From positions 1 through 55,284 of IMG/VR virus record IMGVR_UViG_3300037440_000124: a stretch of DNA of 55,284 nt. One strand, given 5' to 3'. This document shows, piece by piece, positions 1-9,709 of this stretch. A program made the translations under genes and the position numbers. The stretch is from a virus. Taxonomy: Duplodnaviria; Caudoviricetes. The notes under the pieces were generated by a model. That model saw only the letters and a program-made list of their open reading frames with translations, was not told the origin of the DNA and made no database searches. Position 1 is the first letter of the stretch; each line of letters begins with the position of its first letter.

Positions 1-62
1 CAGCTTCGCACACCGCTGCGCCTGCGGTGAGTTGTTTACCAGCGCGAAATCTACGGCGAACA
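1..62. repeat. Terminal 62-bp direct repeat (identical to 55223-55284); circular assembly overlap
   Basis: Exact identity of the first and last 62 nt; the tail-tip ORF reads in frame across the junction. Confidence 0.95.
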
Positions 63-1305
63 CCTTCGCCGAACCGGCATTGGCAGTCGGTAACCTGACC
101 GGCGGATAGTCGACCACAGCCCCGCTATCGGTCGAGGACGCATACACTCCTTGTGCAGTATCGACCCGTGCCGACTCTCCCTTATGCACAATGTGCCGCA
201 ACGGGCCGATGAAATGCTTATCTTCGAGATGTAGGGTAGGCGCCCGGTACGCCCCGGCAAAGAACCGCCACTTGCCGTCCGCGAAGGTAATGTCGCCGGC
301 CATCGCCACCTCGAAGTGGCGCAGGTTCGGCCCAGGGTCCTGACGGGGATCTATGAAACCATTGACCGTATAGCGCTTCTGCGTACCGCTAGCCGCAAGG
401 TCAACGTCTTCGTCGCAGACATTCGCCTCAGCGATGACATTGGCCCAGTCCAGCCGATCATCGTCGACCCCCATTCCGGCGATGCGAATGATGGTGCTGA
501 TCGGAGATCCGTACTTGTATTTCACCCCCCTGAGATAATCAGCACCACACAGGACAGTGTTATCGCTCCATTCCCATGTGTCCTGATTCAACAGGCTATG
601 CGTGCCGCTGCCGCCGTTGGTCGAGTCCTTTCGCGGGTCATACACCTCTCGTCCACGGCACTTGAAGCGCATCTGCGGAACAGTGTTCAGGTCCTCCTCG
701 TCAAAGCTCAGCTTGACGATGGCATACGGCAGACCACGAAGCCGGTGATCGTCAGTCCAGTCTGCGAACGTGGCGACTAAAGTGGCATCAGCCAACTGGT
801 CGTAACTGCCGAGCAGGAAACGGACGTTGATCAGTCCGACCCATTTAGACGGACTGGTGACGTTGCCGCTACCATCCAGCGTGACGGTCTCGCCGTCGAA
901 CTCTATTGCCTGTACCGAATTGATCGGATGTCCGGCCAACACGATTACCAGGTACAGGTCTTTATTGTCGGTGCCGGTGGTGTTTCTGTATCTCAGAGTG
1001 CCGGCAGTCCACGCCTCTCCGTAGAGTATCTTCCGCGGCGCGACCGGATCGCCGTTCAACTGCAGCTCGCGACCGAACTCGTCCGACAGCGACGGTATCT
1101 TCGGCTTGAGCAGGCTGGAAAGGCCATACAAACCAGCCGCGTACAGGCCACCCGCAATGGCCCCGGCCGCGATCGCTCCGATCCCGAGGGAACTGCCTAT
1201 GCCACCGACAATGGCGCCGAACAAGCCGGTGCCAACCCCGAACGTAGCTATCCCTATCGCGCCGAGAATGACCCCGCCGATGATGGCTCCAACAGCCTTG
1301 CCCAT
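1..1305 (-). CDS. Tail tip / host-specificity protein (J-like), N-terminal part; continues across the origin into 55222..54014 (~837 aa total)
   Basis: ATG at 1305 gives MGKAVGAIIGG...ELQLNGDPVAPRKILYGEAWTAG (hydrophobic Gly-rich N-terminus plus P-x-x-x-x-YG motif typical of tail tip proteins). Frame is congruent with ORF 54014..55099 after removing the overlap. Follows minor tail genes. Confidence 0.8.
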   Translation of the reverse strand, partial: MGKAVGAIIGGVILGAIGIATFGVGTGLFGAIVGGIGSSLGIGAIAAGAIAGGLYAAGLYGLSSLLKPKIPSLSDEFGRELQLNGDPVAPRKILYGEAWTAGTLRYRNTTGTDNKDLYLVIVLAGHPINSVQAIEFDGETVTLDGSGNVTSPSKWVGLINVRFLLGSYDQLADATLVATFADWTDDHRLRGLPYAIVKLSFDEEDLNTVPQMRFKCRGREVYDPRKDSTNGGSGTHSLLNQDTWEWSDNTVLCGADYLRGVKYKYGSPISTIIRIAGMGVDDDRLDWANVIAEANVCDEDVDLAASGTQKRYTVNGFIDPRQDPGPNLRHFEVAMAGDITFADGKWRFFAGAYRAPTLHLEDKHFIGPLRHIVHKGESARVDTAQGVYASSTDSGAVVDYPPVRLPTANAGSAKVFAVDFALVNNSPQAQRCAKL

Positions 1306-1306
1306 G

Positions 1307-1693
1307 TCAGACCTTGAAGCACCATCGTTGCGCGAGCGTCGGCTGGTAGGTAAGGCCACCGTCCGTGACAAAGGCCGTGTTCTGTCCGAGACAGATCCCG
1401 ACCGACATCTCAGGCTCGGTCTGCACCACCAGGTCACCGCGCTTCGCCAACGCCAACGGCACAGGCTTGCCGAACGTAGTCAGCAGGTAGTGGTAAAAGC
1501 TGCGGTGGGATGTCTCTGCAAACTTGGCCTTGGCCTCGTCGATGTTCAGGCCACGGTAATCCGTGAGATAGTCGACCTCGGTCATGGCCTGCACACAGTC
1601 GGCAGCGAAGGTCAGGCAGTAGTAACTGCTATCGAAGCCCTGTGCGTCGCGGATCGTTTTCGCCAGACGCTCCGGCCAGTCTCTGCGCCTCAT
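1307..1693 (-). CDS. Tail assembly protein, NlpC/P60-like (DUF6950-like)
   Basis: MRRRDWPERL...YCLTFAADCVQAMT...AKRGDLV...GICLG pattern; ATG overlaps the upstream stop; lies just before the tail tip gene. Confidence 0.7.
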   Translation of the reverse strand: MRRRDWPERLAKTIRDAQGFDSSYYCLTFAADCVQAMTEVDYLTDYRGLNIDEAKAKFAETSHRSFYHYLLTTFGKPVPLALAKRGDLVVQTEPEMSVGICLGQNTAFVTDGGLTYQPTLAQRWCFKV

Positions 1694-2298
1694 TTCTTTG
1701 TACCAGGTCCAGGACGACCACCGCCGCTTCGAACAAGCGTGCCTTTGCGGCCCCAAAGGATCTGCTCGTCCATGCGTGCCGCGAACTCGCAGCCCTTATC
1801 CCCTGGGAATAGTTCCTTCTGGTGAACGTCCGACAACTGGTACCACAACGGCTGAGCAAGCCGTGACAGTTCAGACGCGAGTCGCACCTTGATCGCACCA
1901 CTGTCTCCTGCGTCGAGAATTTCAACCTCGTCGACGAAGCCAGGGAATATCTCGTGAGCCTCGGTAACTGTCCCGTCAGCAGCCATCAAGGCAAGGTAGA
2001 TCGACGCATCGGCACCGCGCGGGTCCGTGGTTACAACCTCGTTCCGCAGATCGTCGTTGAGATAGTCCAGAGTGAGCTCGACGCCGATGTCGTTCTTCGT
2101 CAGGCTATCTGCAATTTTGTCGATATGTCCAAGAGAACCGCTACCGATCCACGTCTCCCCGTTCCAACTGATCGTACCGACCCCGGACCACGTATAGAGC
2201 GGATCACCAGGCCAGTCGATGAACAGCAGGAACGCGAGCGATACCGTGTCCGAACTAAGCGCTGTTTCCAGCGCGGTCGGAAAGGCTCGCTCACTCAT
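1690..2298 (-). CDS. Minor tail / baseplate hub protein
   Basis: WSGVGTISWNGETWIGSGSLG and HQKELFPGDKGCEF motifs typical of siphophage minor tail proteins; synteny. Confidence 0.7.
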   Translation of the reverse strand: MSERAFPTALETALSSDTVSLAFLLFIDWPGDPLYTWSGVGTISWNGETWIGSGSLGHIDKIADSLTKNDIGVELTLDYLNDDLRNEVVTTDPRGADASIYLALMAADGTVTEAHEIFPGFVDEVEILDAGDSGAIKVRLASELSRLAQPLWYQLSDVHQKELFPGDKGCEFAARMDEQILWGRKGTLVRSGGGRPGPGTKK

Positions 2299-2890
2299 GG
2301 ACCAGAGCTTCCTGAAACGGTATGGTGAAGGTCGTCAGTCGCCGGAAGTCAGTATCCTGGCTCGGCATCATCATCAGTTCGCACAGCAACACCGGGGACG
2401 AGAGGTCGACCGGGTCGTTATCGGCAGGAGATACCCTGAGCGTAGGCTCGAAGAACACCGTGATTTCACCGGCACCGTTACTGGTCGCATTCGCCGTGAC
2501 CCGCTTGAACTCGTCTCGAACCTGGAACCATTCGCCGGCTTGCAGGATCAAGGTGGAAGGAGTGAACCCGTCAATCAGTAACGACTTGCCGGACTGGCCG
2601 GCCCCCTTTACCAGGCCGATGGATTCGCCGGATGCAGCCCCGCTGTAGTTCGGGTGCAGCATGGTGAAACGGCCGTACACCCCGACTTTCATCAGAAAAT
2701 TCATCGCCGTGAGCGCTTGCGGGTTTTTCAATGGCCGAGTCGTGACAAACCCAGCCCACCGATCACCTATCCCGCCAGCTACAGCAATGGTCTGCCTCTG
2801 CCGGGTGAACGAACTCTGGAAAGTCGCTTTGTTCTGATCCAGCTCAAGCCTGTATTGGCTGATGCTTACGGTCGGGAATGCTTCAGTCAC
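2291..2890 (-). CDS. Distal tail (Dit-like) minor tail protein
   Basis: Immediately downstream of the tape measure gene; GAGQSGKSL..DG..LQAGEWFQ..FEPTLR pattern; paralog at 24940..25638. Confidence 0.65.
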   Translation of the reverse strand: MTEAFPTVSISQYRLELDQNKATFQSSFTRQRQTIAVAGGIGDRWAGFVTTRPLKNPQALTAMNFLMKVGVYGRFTMLHPNYSGAASGESIGLVKGAGQSGKSLLIDGFTPSTLILQAGEWFQVRDEFKRVTANATSNGAGEITVFFEPTLRVSPADNDPVDLSSPVLLCELMMMPSQDTDFRRLTTFTIPFQEALVHE

Positions 2891-4872
2891 CGGCGCCCAC
2901 CGAAGCTTTTCTCAACGTCCTGTCTGGCCTTGGAAGCGGCCAGTTGTGTCACCGCTGCTAACTGCGCCTGCCACTGCGGAGGCAGACCTACCTGAACGTT
3001 AAACGTCTGCTGAATGACCGCACCACCAGCACCGTTCGGTACGATGTGACCTGACGAGCGCGGGACGAAAATCTCCTCATCAGGACGCACTAAGTACGGG
3101 GTTCCCGCTGTGACTGGACCTCCAGAATGCCTCGTCTCTGGCTTGAACAGTCCGCCAAAGAAGTTCAGGAACGGCTCTGTTATCAGCTTACGGATAGCGA
3201 GTCGCAGCAGATCCTTGTAAAGGCCGCGTAGAACGTCGGACAGCTTGTTACCCTCGACAATTGCATCCTCGAATGCGCTGGTAAACGTCAGTCCAAGATC
3301 GCGTGCTGCTTCTTCGGCCTTGCTGGCTTCTTCGTTCTTTGCCTCGTAAGCATCAGCCAGAGAACGAAGCTCCCTGCCGATCATCTCGTTGACCTTGGCC
3401 TCTTCTCGCCCGGCCTCAATCAGTCGTTCACGCAGTATCAGCGCACTTTGAACGGCTCGGTCGAATTCCTCACGAGGCGTACGATTACGTTCGATAAGCT
3501 GGTTGTAGCGCTCCATATCTGCCAGAAGAGGGTTAATCTTCTGAACGGATATTTCTATTTCTTCCAGCCCTGCGCTCAATGTGTCTTTTATGGAATCGCT
3601 GATGCGCTGGAATTCTTCCGGGCTTAGGTCGCTTTTGTATTTATTGAGTTCAGCGCGAAGTGCTGCCGCTTTTTGTTCAGCGGTTGCGAAGTTGTCTATA
3701 AACTTCTGGAAGCTCTCCTTGTGAGATTCGAAAAGAGTGTCAAGCTCGGAATTCGTCCTGTCGAAACTGCCGAAAACCTCGGCGGGATCACGACGTTCCG
3801 GCTCGCCGAGTCCAAACGACTGTTCCTGAAGTCGCTGGAACTTCGAAAGCTCGGCTTGCACTTCTGCAATGCGCGCCCGTATCTCGTCTGGATTCTCACC
3901 GAACAGCCATCCGCCAAACCCGCCTAGCTTGCTTTCTCGATGAGCAAGACGGGTCTGTAGCTGTTCCAACTCATCCCTGGCTTTAACAATCTCCTTTTCG
4001 AACGGGAATGGGTTGGCACCAAAGAAGGCAGCACCGAACGCCTGTGCAACAGCGGTTCCGCCCTTCGCCAGTGCGGTCAGATTGTCCAGCAACCCGCTTT
4101 CGGCAATAGCAACCTTCAGTTCGAAGATTGCTGTCGAAAATCGGTTGATCGATGCCTGCGCATCGTTAGCTGCTGCCGCGACCTCTGGACCGAAGGTCTT
4201 TGTCAGTTCCTTCGCCAGTGCCGGCAAAAGGTCCTCGGCCGTAAGTTCTCCGGCCTTGAGCATCTTGTCTAGTTCGGCGGTAGTGACGCCGATGGACCGT
4301 GCCGCAATCTGGAACGCACCAGGAAGGCGCTCGCCCAACTGGCCTCGAAGCTCCTCGGCCGAGACCTTGCCCTTCGAGATGATCTGCTCAATCGCAGTCA
4401 GGGCACCGCCTGTCTGTTCAGCAGTAAGACCGAGAACCCGTGCCGCCTGGCTGACACCGACGAAGATATCGCGGGATGCCTCACCAGCCAGAGTCGTTCC
4501 CTTAGCCGCAGCCGCGAGCTTCGCGTATGACCCAGCGGTACTTTCCAGGCTAAGCCCGAGGTCGTCCGCAGTCTTGCGAACGAACGCCATTTCGCGTTCA
4601 GATCCGACAGCACTACCGGTCGCAACCTTAAGCGCCCGTTCGAACTGCTGCATCTTGATCGCAGCGTCCGTCACAGATCCCACAAAGCGAGCAATCTCCC
4701 GAACACCAAGACCTATGCCAAACGCAGCAAAACCGGCCTTGATTAGCCCCAGCGACTTCTTGTTCTGCTTCTCGAACTTCTGCAGCTTCTTCTGTGCGCC
4801 CTCCAGTTCTCTCTGGTACTTGGCCGATTGCGCTTCTAGTAAAACTACATACCGAGAGAGAACGCTAGCCAC
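2887..4872 (-). CDS. Tail tape measure protein
   Basis: 661 aa, helical and Ala-rich, with QIISKGKVSAEELRGQLGERLPGA (tape-measure N-terminal domain) and C-terminal HSGGPV..G.PYLV. Confidence 0.93.
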   Translation of the reverse strand: MASVLSRYVVLLEAQSAKYQRELEGAQKKLQKFEKQNKKSLGLIKAGFAAFGIGLGVREIARFVGSVTDAAIKMQQFERALKVATGSAVGSEREMAFVRKTADDLGLSLESTAGSYAKLAAAAKGTTLAGEASRDIFVGVSQAARVLGLTAEQTGGALTAIEQIISKGKVSAEELRGQLGERLPGAFQIAARSIGVTTAELDKMLKAGELTAEDLLPALAKELTKTFGPEVAAAANDAQASINRFSTAIFELKVAIAESGLLDNLTALAKGGTAVAQAFGAAFFGANPFPFEKEIVKARDELEQLQTRLAHRESKLGGFGGWLFGENPDEIRARIAEVQAELSKFQRLQEQSFGLGEPERRDPAEVFGSFDRTNSELDTLFESHKESFQKFIDNFATAEQKAAALRAELNKYKSDLSPEEFQRISDSIKDTLSAGLEEIEISVQKINPLLADMERYNQLIERNRTPREEFDRAVQSALILRERLIEAGREEAKVNEMIGRELRSLADAYEAKNEEASKAEEAARDLGLTFTSAFEDAIVEGNKLSDVLRGLYKDLLRLAIRKLITEPFLNFFGGLFKPETRHSGGPVTAGTPYLVRPDEEIFVPRSSGHIVPNGAGGAVIQQTFNVQVGLPPQWQAQLAAVTQLAASKARQDVEKSFGGRR

Positions 4873-5521
4873 TGGATTTCTCTATAAATGCTTTTGCAAT
4901 ATCCAAATACACTTCCTCGCCCCATTCGCTTAGGCCCATATTCAGAGCCCAACAAATCATTCGGCAGTTGTCTGGTGTGTAGCCTTTCGATGAATCAATG
5001 CGATCAATTGACGGGGAATAAGGACCACATCGACCAATAAAGGTCTCGCTGTTGAATCTAATACCAGTGGCCTCGCACACGCCGGTCGCTAATCGCTTAA
5101 GAACCCACTCCCGAGTTAAAGTAAATTCGATCCCCTTTTTATTCGCCCTTTCCCTAGCGCCTCTCCACAACTGAAACTCAGGATGTCGCTGCCTCCATCG
5201 TTTTCCCTTCTCCTTGGATGACAGCGGGCTATTAACCTTGTGCCGCGCCTCACGCTCTTTCATCTTCAACTGGAAGAACGGGTCTCCTGATCGTGCTTTG
5301 CGATAGTCAGATTGATACTTCCGATATCGATCACGGAACTCAGGGTCGTTGTTATATCTATTGCAAGTTCTTTCTTTCTGGCTTGTGCGGACGCACTCTT
5401 TGCAGGCGTTTGACCTTCTTCCGTTTCTGCGCCAGTAGTAATCCGTCCAGATGTCCTTCTCTGTCCCACACTTGCTGCATTCCGCGTTTTGGGTAAAGTC
5501 GATTGCGAGGTTCTCAGCCAT
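4865..5521 (-). CDS. Putative HNH-type homing endonuclease
   Basis: CxxC..CKEC zinc motif plus CEATG..PSIDRIDSSKGYTPDNCRMIC; AT-richer insert between the chaperone and tape measure genes. Confidence 0.7.
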   Translation of the reverse strand: MAENLAIDFTQNAECSKCGTEKDIWTDYYWRRNGRRSNACKECVRTSQKERTCNRYNNDPEFRDRYRKYQSDYRKARSGDPFFQLKMKEREARHKVNSPLSSKEKGKRWRQRHPEFQLWRGARERANKKGIEFTLTREWVLKRLATGVCEATGIRFNSETFIGRCGPYSPSIDRIDSSKGYTPDNCRMICWALNMGLSEWGEEVYLDIAKAFIEKSSG

Positions 5522-5840
5522 TGGTTTTCTTCAACACTCGCAGGTTCGCCAGCAATTCCTGATCAGCACGTTTCTGTGCAGTCACAGAATCTCGGTAAAA
5601 GAAGTCAGACATTCGCATCGGCTGGCTCCTCTTCGGATCACGGAAAGCATTGCCGAACATCGTCGCCAACAGCGCTGCGTGCCAGTTGTCGCGCCATGCG
5701 CCCCAAGGCTCTATACGCTCGTACTCCATCCACTCGGAAAAGATCGACGCAGGAAGAGCCTCGACCTCGCGTGGATCCCACCCTAGTTGAGTGGCGAGAC
5801 GGTAGAGGAATCTTCGCTCGGGACGCTCTCGGAGTTTTTT
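5514..5840 (-). CDS. Tail assembly chaperone GT extension (-1 frameshift product; DUF4035-like)
   Basis: The -1 frame is open from the slippery site: KKLRERPERRFLYRLATQLGW...SEWMEYERIEPWGAWRDNWHAALLA. Confidence 0.8.
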   Translation of the reverse strand, partial: KKLRERPERRFLYRLATQLGWDPREVEALPASIFSEWMEYERIEPWGAWRDNWHAALLATMFGNAFRDPKRSQPMRMSDFFYRDSVTAQKRADQELLANLRVLKKTNG

Positions 5841-6133
5841 GAGTCTTCGATCCCCGATAGCTTGTAGATGGCATTCGCAATTTCAGTGGCTGCCTTCAAT
5901 GGCAGATTCAGAGACAAGTCCTCCGTGGTCTCATCTCTCCACTCTGGAACCCCGTACTTGCAGACGATGAAATGACCATCGAAGTTGAGTGGCTCATCCT
6001 CGCCGTGATCGCCTTTGATAGATCGCCAATATTCCAAAAGCGCAATCTGATCCTTTGCACACAGCTCAGAAATCTCCAGATCGCGGTCAAGCGACTCGAT
6101 ACGAACAGTCGCTGTTTTCAGAAGTGATTTCAT
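5783..6133 (-). CDS. Tail assembly chaperone G
   Basis: Lies between tail tube and tape measure genes; ATG overlaps the tube stop (TGATG); carries the slippery site. Confidence 0.8.
   Translation of the reverse strand: MKSLLKTATVRIESLDRDLEISELCAKDQIALLEYWRSIKGDHGEDEPLNFDGHFIVCKYGVPEWRDETTEDLSLNLPLKAATEIANAIYKLSGIEDSKNSESVPSEDSSTVSPLN
5834..5840 (-). promoter_or_regulatory. -1 programmed ribosomal frameshift slippery heptamer A AAA AAC
   Basis: X XXY YYZ heptamer in the G reading frame near its 3' end; a -1 shift enters the GT frame. Confidence 0.8.
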
Positions 6134-6552
6134 CAGGTTATGTCGCCAGAGATTTTCACCGTGAACGCAATCGTGTTCTGCTCGGTCGGAGAAGGAGTGA
6201 CCACCCACCCGAGCGGGACGCCCTGGAAGTTGAAGAACTCGTTCGGCGAAGAACCGACATATGCAATCTGAAATGCTCTATTGACCTGAGCATCCACCGC
6301 AGCAATCATCGCTGTCTGATTGGTTGCGCCTGGAATGTAGTTACACTCGATCGTGACTTCCTGACCGTCAGAAAGTCCGGCGATGTATTCCATCGTCCCA
6401 ACATCAGAATCGAAGTTGGTAACATCCACCAGGTTGTTAGTCTTGCCAAGGCCGGATATGGAGAACACTTCCTCCAGATCGGCATATACGATCGGCGATG
6501 CCGTCGACCCGAGCCGGAACTTCCATCGGCCAATATTTGCTAGCGTTGTCAT
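6133..6552 (-). CDS. Major tail tube protein
   Basis: 139 aa with VDVTNFDS..EYIAGLSDGQEVTIECNYIPG and C-terminal FTVKISG, typical of siphophage tail tube proteins. Confidence 0.88.
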   Translation of the reverse strand: MTTLANIGRWKFRLGSTASPIVYADLEEVFSISGLGKTNNLVDVTNFDSDVGTMEYIAGLSDGQEVTIECNYIPGATNQTAMIAAVDAQVNRAFQIAYVGSSPNEFFNFQGVPLGWVVTPSPTEQNTIAFTVKISGDIT

Positions 6553-6570
6553 TCAAAATCCTCCGGGCAT

Positions 6571-6594
6571 AAAAAAACCGGCACATGGCCGGCT
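6571..6594 (-). terminator. Rho-independent terminator-like hairpin
   Basis: Minus strand AGCCGGC-CATGT-GCCGGTT followed by a T-run. Confidence 0.6.
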
Positions 6595-6618
6595 CGGTGT
6601 TGCGGTGCTATTTAGACT

Positions 6619-7011
6619 TCAGTAATAGGCGACAAAGAATTGCAATGACACGCGATATAGCTTCGTGTCTGTCTCGAAGAATTCGAGCTTCCGTTCCAAT
6701 CTGATCTGGTCCACCTGATCACGAGGACTCAAGGTGCCGAAAGCTCCGGTATGACCGGCGAGTGAAGATTCCACGGCGTCAGCTATCTCGTGTGCACCCC
6801 CATGAACCAGAGACCAGCAATCGACCTCGTACAGGGCTGTTTTCAGCGAACTCACTGCATCGAATAGTTGCTGGCGCTCATCCGACTGCAGTCTGTAGCT
6901 GATAGACGGAAACGTGGCGTTTTGCGGAACCCAGTGCGGGTATATCGCGCCCACGAGAGCGTCCACCCCTGCATCTGCTGCGAGGTGCGAGTAAAACGAC
7001 TCGATGAACAT
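6619..7011 (-). CDS. Tail terminator / completion protein (DUF3168-like)
   Basis: IYPHWVPQNATFPSISY..YEVDCWS..A..IADAV; synteny. Confidence 0.8.
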   Translation of the reverse strand: MFIESFYSHLAADAGVDALVGAIYPHWVPQNATFPSISYRLQSDERQQLFDAVSSLKTALYEVDCWSLVHGGAHEIADAVESSLAGHTGAFGTLSPRDQVDQIRLERKLEFFETDTKLYRVSLQFFVAYY

Positions 7012-7469
7012 CAGGACTTGGCGGCTTTATCGATCAGGCGTTTCAACTGCGTGCGAAACCTTGCATCCACGTCAGGAATAGAAGCAGCAAAGGCCGGCTC
7101 AAACCACGGACGCGGCGGATTGCGTGACGTACCGAACTCGTAGAAGTTAATCGCATAGAACGCTTCCTTGCGCGGTGCCAACATCACAATGACCGTCCGC
7201 TTATCCCGACTCAACAGGGATTTGCGCGAGATGTTGCGGCTCGCATAACCAGGCGTTCTGAGATTCCCCTTGTACGTCTTGACCGGGTACGGGTCTTTCA
7301 ATCTTCCGTCATACGTATACGGAGGATTGCCAACAGGTGCCGCTGCTTGTGTCGCTTTGAGTGCCGGCAGCATCGACGTCATGGCGGCTGATCGCAGCGC
7401 CTTACCTCCAGCAGCAGCGGTCATCTTGCGCAGCTTCTGATCAAGTTCTTTGTAACCGATGGTCGGCAT
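7011..7469 (-). CDS. HK97 gp10-like tail completion protein
   Basis: FYEFGTSRNPPRPWFEPAF motif; start chosen at the ATG overlapping the upstream stop. Confidence 0.85.
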   Translation of the reverse strand: MPTIGYKELDQKLRKMTAAAGGKALRSAAMTSMLPALKATQAAAPVGNPPYTYDGRLKDPYPVKTYKGNLRTPGYASRNISRKSLLSRDKRTVIVMLAPRKEAFYAINFYEFGTSRNPPRPWFEPAFAASIPDVDARFRTQLKRLIDKAAKS

Positions 7470-7780
7470 CAGGCCACATGCTCCACGCACATCAGTTTCA
7501 GGTACCTGTCGCGTTCCTCGAGATTCAGCACAGACCGGATATTGAACGTCCGCGTCGAATAGACGACTCGGTCGCGCGGGGCCACGGTCACCCCATGCCG
7601 CAGTACGATCTCGTGCGTGACCTCTGCTTTCTCGCCGCTGGCGTTGAAATACTCACGCCCTGAAATAGGACGAATGGACGCCCATGGTGTTGACGTTTCG
7701 GTCCATGTCTCTACCAACTGTCCAGTAGAATCTTGAGCACTGCCTATTCGCTCAATAGAAACCTTCTTGTCCAGATTCAT
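7469..7780 (-). CDS. Head closure / head-tail adaptor (SPP1 gp16-like)
   Basis: WASIRPISGREYF..THEIVLRH..RVVY..FNIRSV motif. Confidence 0.88.
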   Translation of the reverse strand: MNLDKKVSIERIGSAQDSTGQLVETWTETSTPWASIRPISGREYFNASGEKAEVTHEIVLRHGVTVAPRDRVVYSTRTFNIRSVLNLEERDRYLKLMCVEHVA

Positions 7781-7783
7781 TGG

Positions 7784-8383
7784 CTAGAAACACCGCCATG
7801 CGCTGATCAACTTGTCCCGAAAATCCACATCGAAACCGGTCTTCGTGACCAACAGGCCGTTCAGTTCCATGGCCTCAAACACCGAAGCCGTGATGGCCCG
7901 CCTTATGTCGGCCGGAACCGTGGTGTGGTTGGTCCACCCAGCGGTGAACGTAATCACCACCGGGGCTATGACATCGGCATCCACGGACGGCCAAGAGCTG
8001 CCGCGGTTCGGCATCAGACGCCCTGCATGGCCCCGCAGGTCTTCCTGATAATCTGTTCCGGCAGGTGAAGACGTAGGACCGGTCAAGGTCGTCACAGCCC
8101 CGCCGGATGAATACGCGACACTAGCGACCGACTGCGCCTTACCGCGCGGCAGGTTTATGATCTGGTCGCTGATGCGAGGAAAGTCAGACAAAATCCATCT
8201 GTGCTCCCTGGCGATGATTGCCCGGTGCATGACACCTTCAGCCCAGCTAACCGCATCCGGGATGTACTGCTCCATGAGCACGTCATCCAGACTGTCGCTT
8301 GATATGCGAAGGTCAGACTTCAGTAGTTCCAGGTCGATCGGCAGGGACGCTGGCTCATCGATATCGATAGTGATTGATTTCAC
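7784..8383 (-). CDS. Head-tail connector protein (gp6/gp15-like)
   Basis: PIDLELLKSDLRI..DD..ITFTAGW..VPADIRRAI motif. Confidence 0.85.
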   Translation of the reverse strand: MKSITIDIDEPASLPIDLELLKSDLRISSDSLDDVLMEQYIPDAVSWAEGVMHRAIIAREHRWILSDFPRISDQIINLPRGKAQSVASVAYSSGGAVTTLTGPTSSPAGTDYQEDLRGHAGRLMPNRGSSWPSVDADVIAPVVITFTAGWTNHTTVPADIRRAITASVFEAMELNGLLVTKTGFDVDFRDKLISAWRCF

Positions 8384-8399
8384 GATTCACCATAAGTCA

Positions 8400-9092
8400 T
8401 TAAAACAGGTGCCCGACAGGTCTGCCGGCGCGAATCTCTTCCCAGTTCCACTGAGTCCACGCCAGCAAGTGCGCCCATTCCTCGCGGTCTTCGATTCCAT
8501 ACGCCATGCAGCCCTCGTCGTGAACTTCTACCGGCCGCCCACGAATGACCGCCTCCACCGCGACCGACGAGTTCAGGACGTGAAACTTGGCGTCCGTCCA
8601 GTCCGTCTTCACCGGCAACGCAGTCGGATTCGTGCCGGCTGGATGTGGCCGAAAATGAGTCGCTTCGGTGACCGTGGCATACCATTCATCAAGCCGACTC
8701 CAATGTGGACTGTACGGCTCGGTCTGGCCGCACAGGACGATATGCTGATAGCCCATGAGTGGCGGCCAAAGCTCCCTGCCAAGCGCCTCCCAGCGGCTCT
8801 CGTCGGCCCACGGCGGAACACGGTGGTCACCCCTGCGCCCGTGTCCGTTCCACACCAACTGGACGAAATCCGGATCGCCGACGCTGGCCCGATCCACCAA
8901 CAACCAGTCACCTTCGTCGCTTTCGATAGACCGCCAGAAGGTGGTGCCGAACAGTATCGACACATCAGCGATGCGCGTCCGGCTCTCTGTGATATCGTGC
9001 TCTATGCCAAGAGCCTTTAAGCCTTGCGAGAAATCGCCTATCCGCTTCGCCTGCCAAGGGACCGCCTGGTTGTAGTGGACTGCTAGGCCCAT
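8400..9092 (-). CDS. Putative glycosyltransferase (capsule-synthesis KpsC/S-like C-terminus)
   Basis: FRPHP and NSSVAVEAVIRGRPV motifs; within the sugar-modification cluster. Confidence 0.5.
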   Translation of the reverse strand: MGLAVHYNQAVPWQAKRIGDFSQGLKALGIEHDITESRTRIADVSILFGTTFWRSIESDEGDWLLVDRASVGDPDFVQLVWNGHGRRGDHRVPPWADESRWEALGRELWPPLMGYQHIVLCGQTEPYSPHWSRLDEWYATVTEATHFRPHPAGTNPTALPVKTDWTDAKFHVLNSSVAVEAVIRGRPVEVHDEGCMAYGIEDREEWAHLLAWTQWNWEEIRAGRPVGHLF

Positions 9093-9703
9093 CCCGATAC
9101 CTGATGCGGTTTCGGGTTGCCGTGATGCACGGTAATCGGCGCAGAACCCAATCCCCTCATGCGGTGATATTTGAAGGAATCTATATACTCGTCCGGGAAA
9201 AGCCTGATCCCGTCAGGCCATAGCAACTGCGTGATTATTCCTTGATCCCCATGTGTGGTTGCAATCAAATCTTCAGCGCCAGACATATCCTTTTTGCCGC
9301 TCCAGTACATAACTGAGCTATTGATGGTCTGCTCTCTACCGTTATTCATCATAGGGCCGGCAAATCCCGGCTTACGGATCGTAGACGATTGCACAACAGG
9401 GTACGAAAAGTCGTTTCTGGCCCAGAGCTTATTCGGGTCAGTACGTCCCAGGACGACCAGAGGATCGATGTTGCCAGTGATGTTTAGATCAAGGTCGAGA
9501 TACAACACCTCACCGTCGAACATCTCAAGCAAGTGCAGCTTATTGAACCATCCGACTCTACCTTCTGGAAGTTCCTTCTCCGTGATCTCTACGAATTTGC
9601 ACGGCATCGTCAGATGTTCTGAAACCATGTGAAACATTCTGACAACGTACTTGGATCCAATCCCAAGATAGTTTTGCCAATTCAAACAGACTACATTCAG
9701 CAT
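9083..9703 (-). CDS. Glycosyltransferase (GT8-like, GT-A fold)
   Basis: GWFNKL..LYLDLD (DxD)..NSSVMYW..GDQ..HGNPKPH motifs. Confidence 0.78.
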   Translation of the reverse strand: MLNVVCLNWQNYLGIGSKYVVRMFHMVSEHLTMPCKFVEITEKELPEGRVGWFNKLHLLEMFDGEVLYLDLDLNITGNIDPLVVLGRTDPNKLWARNDFSYPVVQSSTIRKPGFAGPMMNNGREQTINSSVMYWSGKKDMSGAEDLIATTHGDQGIITQLLWPDGIRLFPDEYIDSFKYHRMRGLGSAPITVHHGNPKPHQVSGWA

Positions 9704-9709
9704 GGCTCT

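Noticed and set aside
4013-4933. Long plus-strand ORFs antisense to structural genes (also 1106-1825, 17500-18279, 21276-22169, 23929-25041)
   Set aside because: Shadow ORFs of GC-rich coding sequence with no recognisable motifs.
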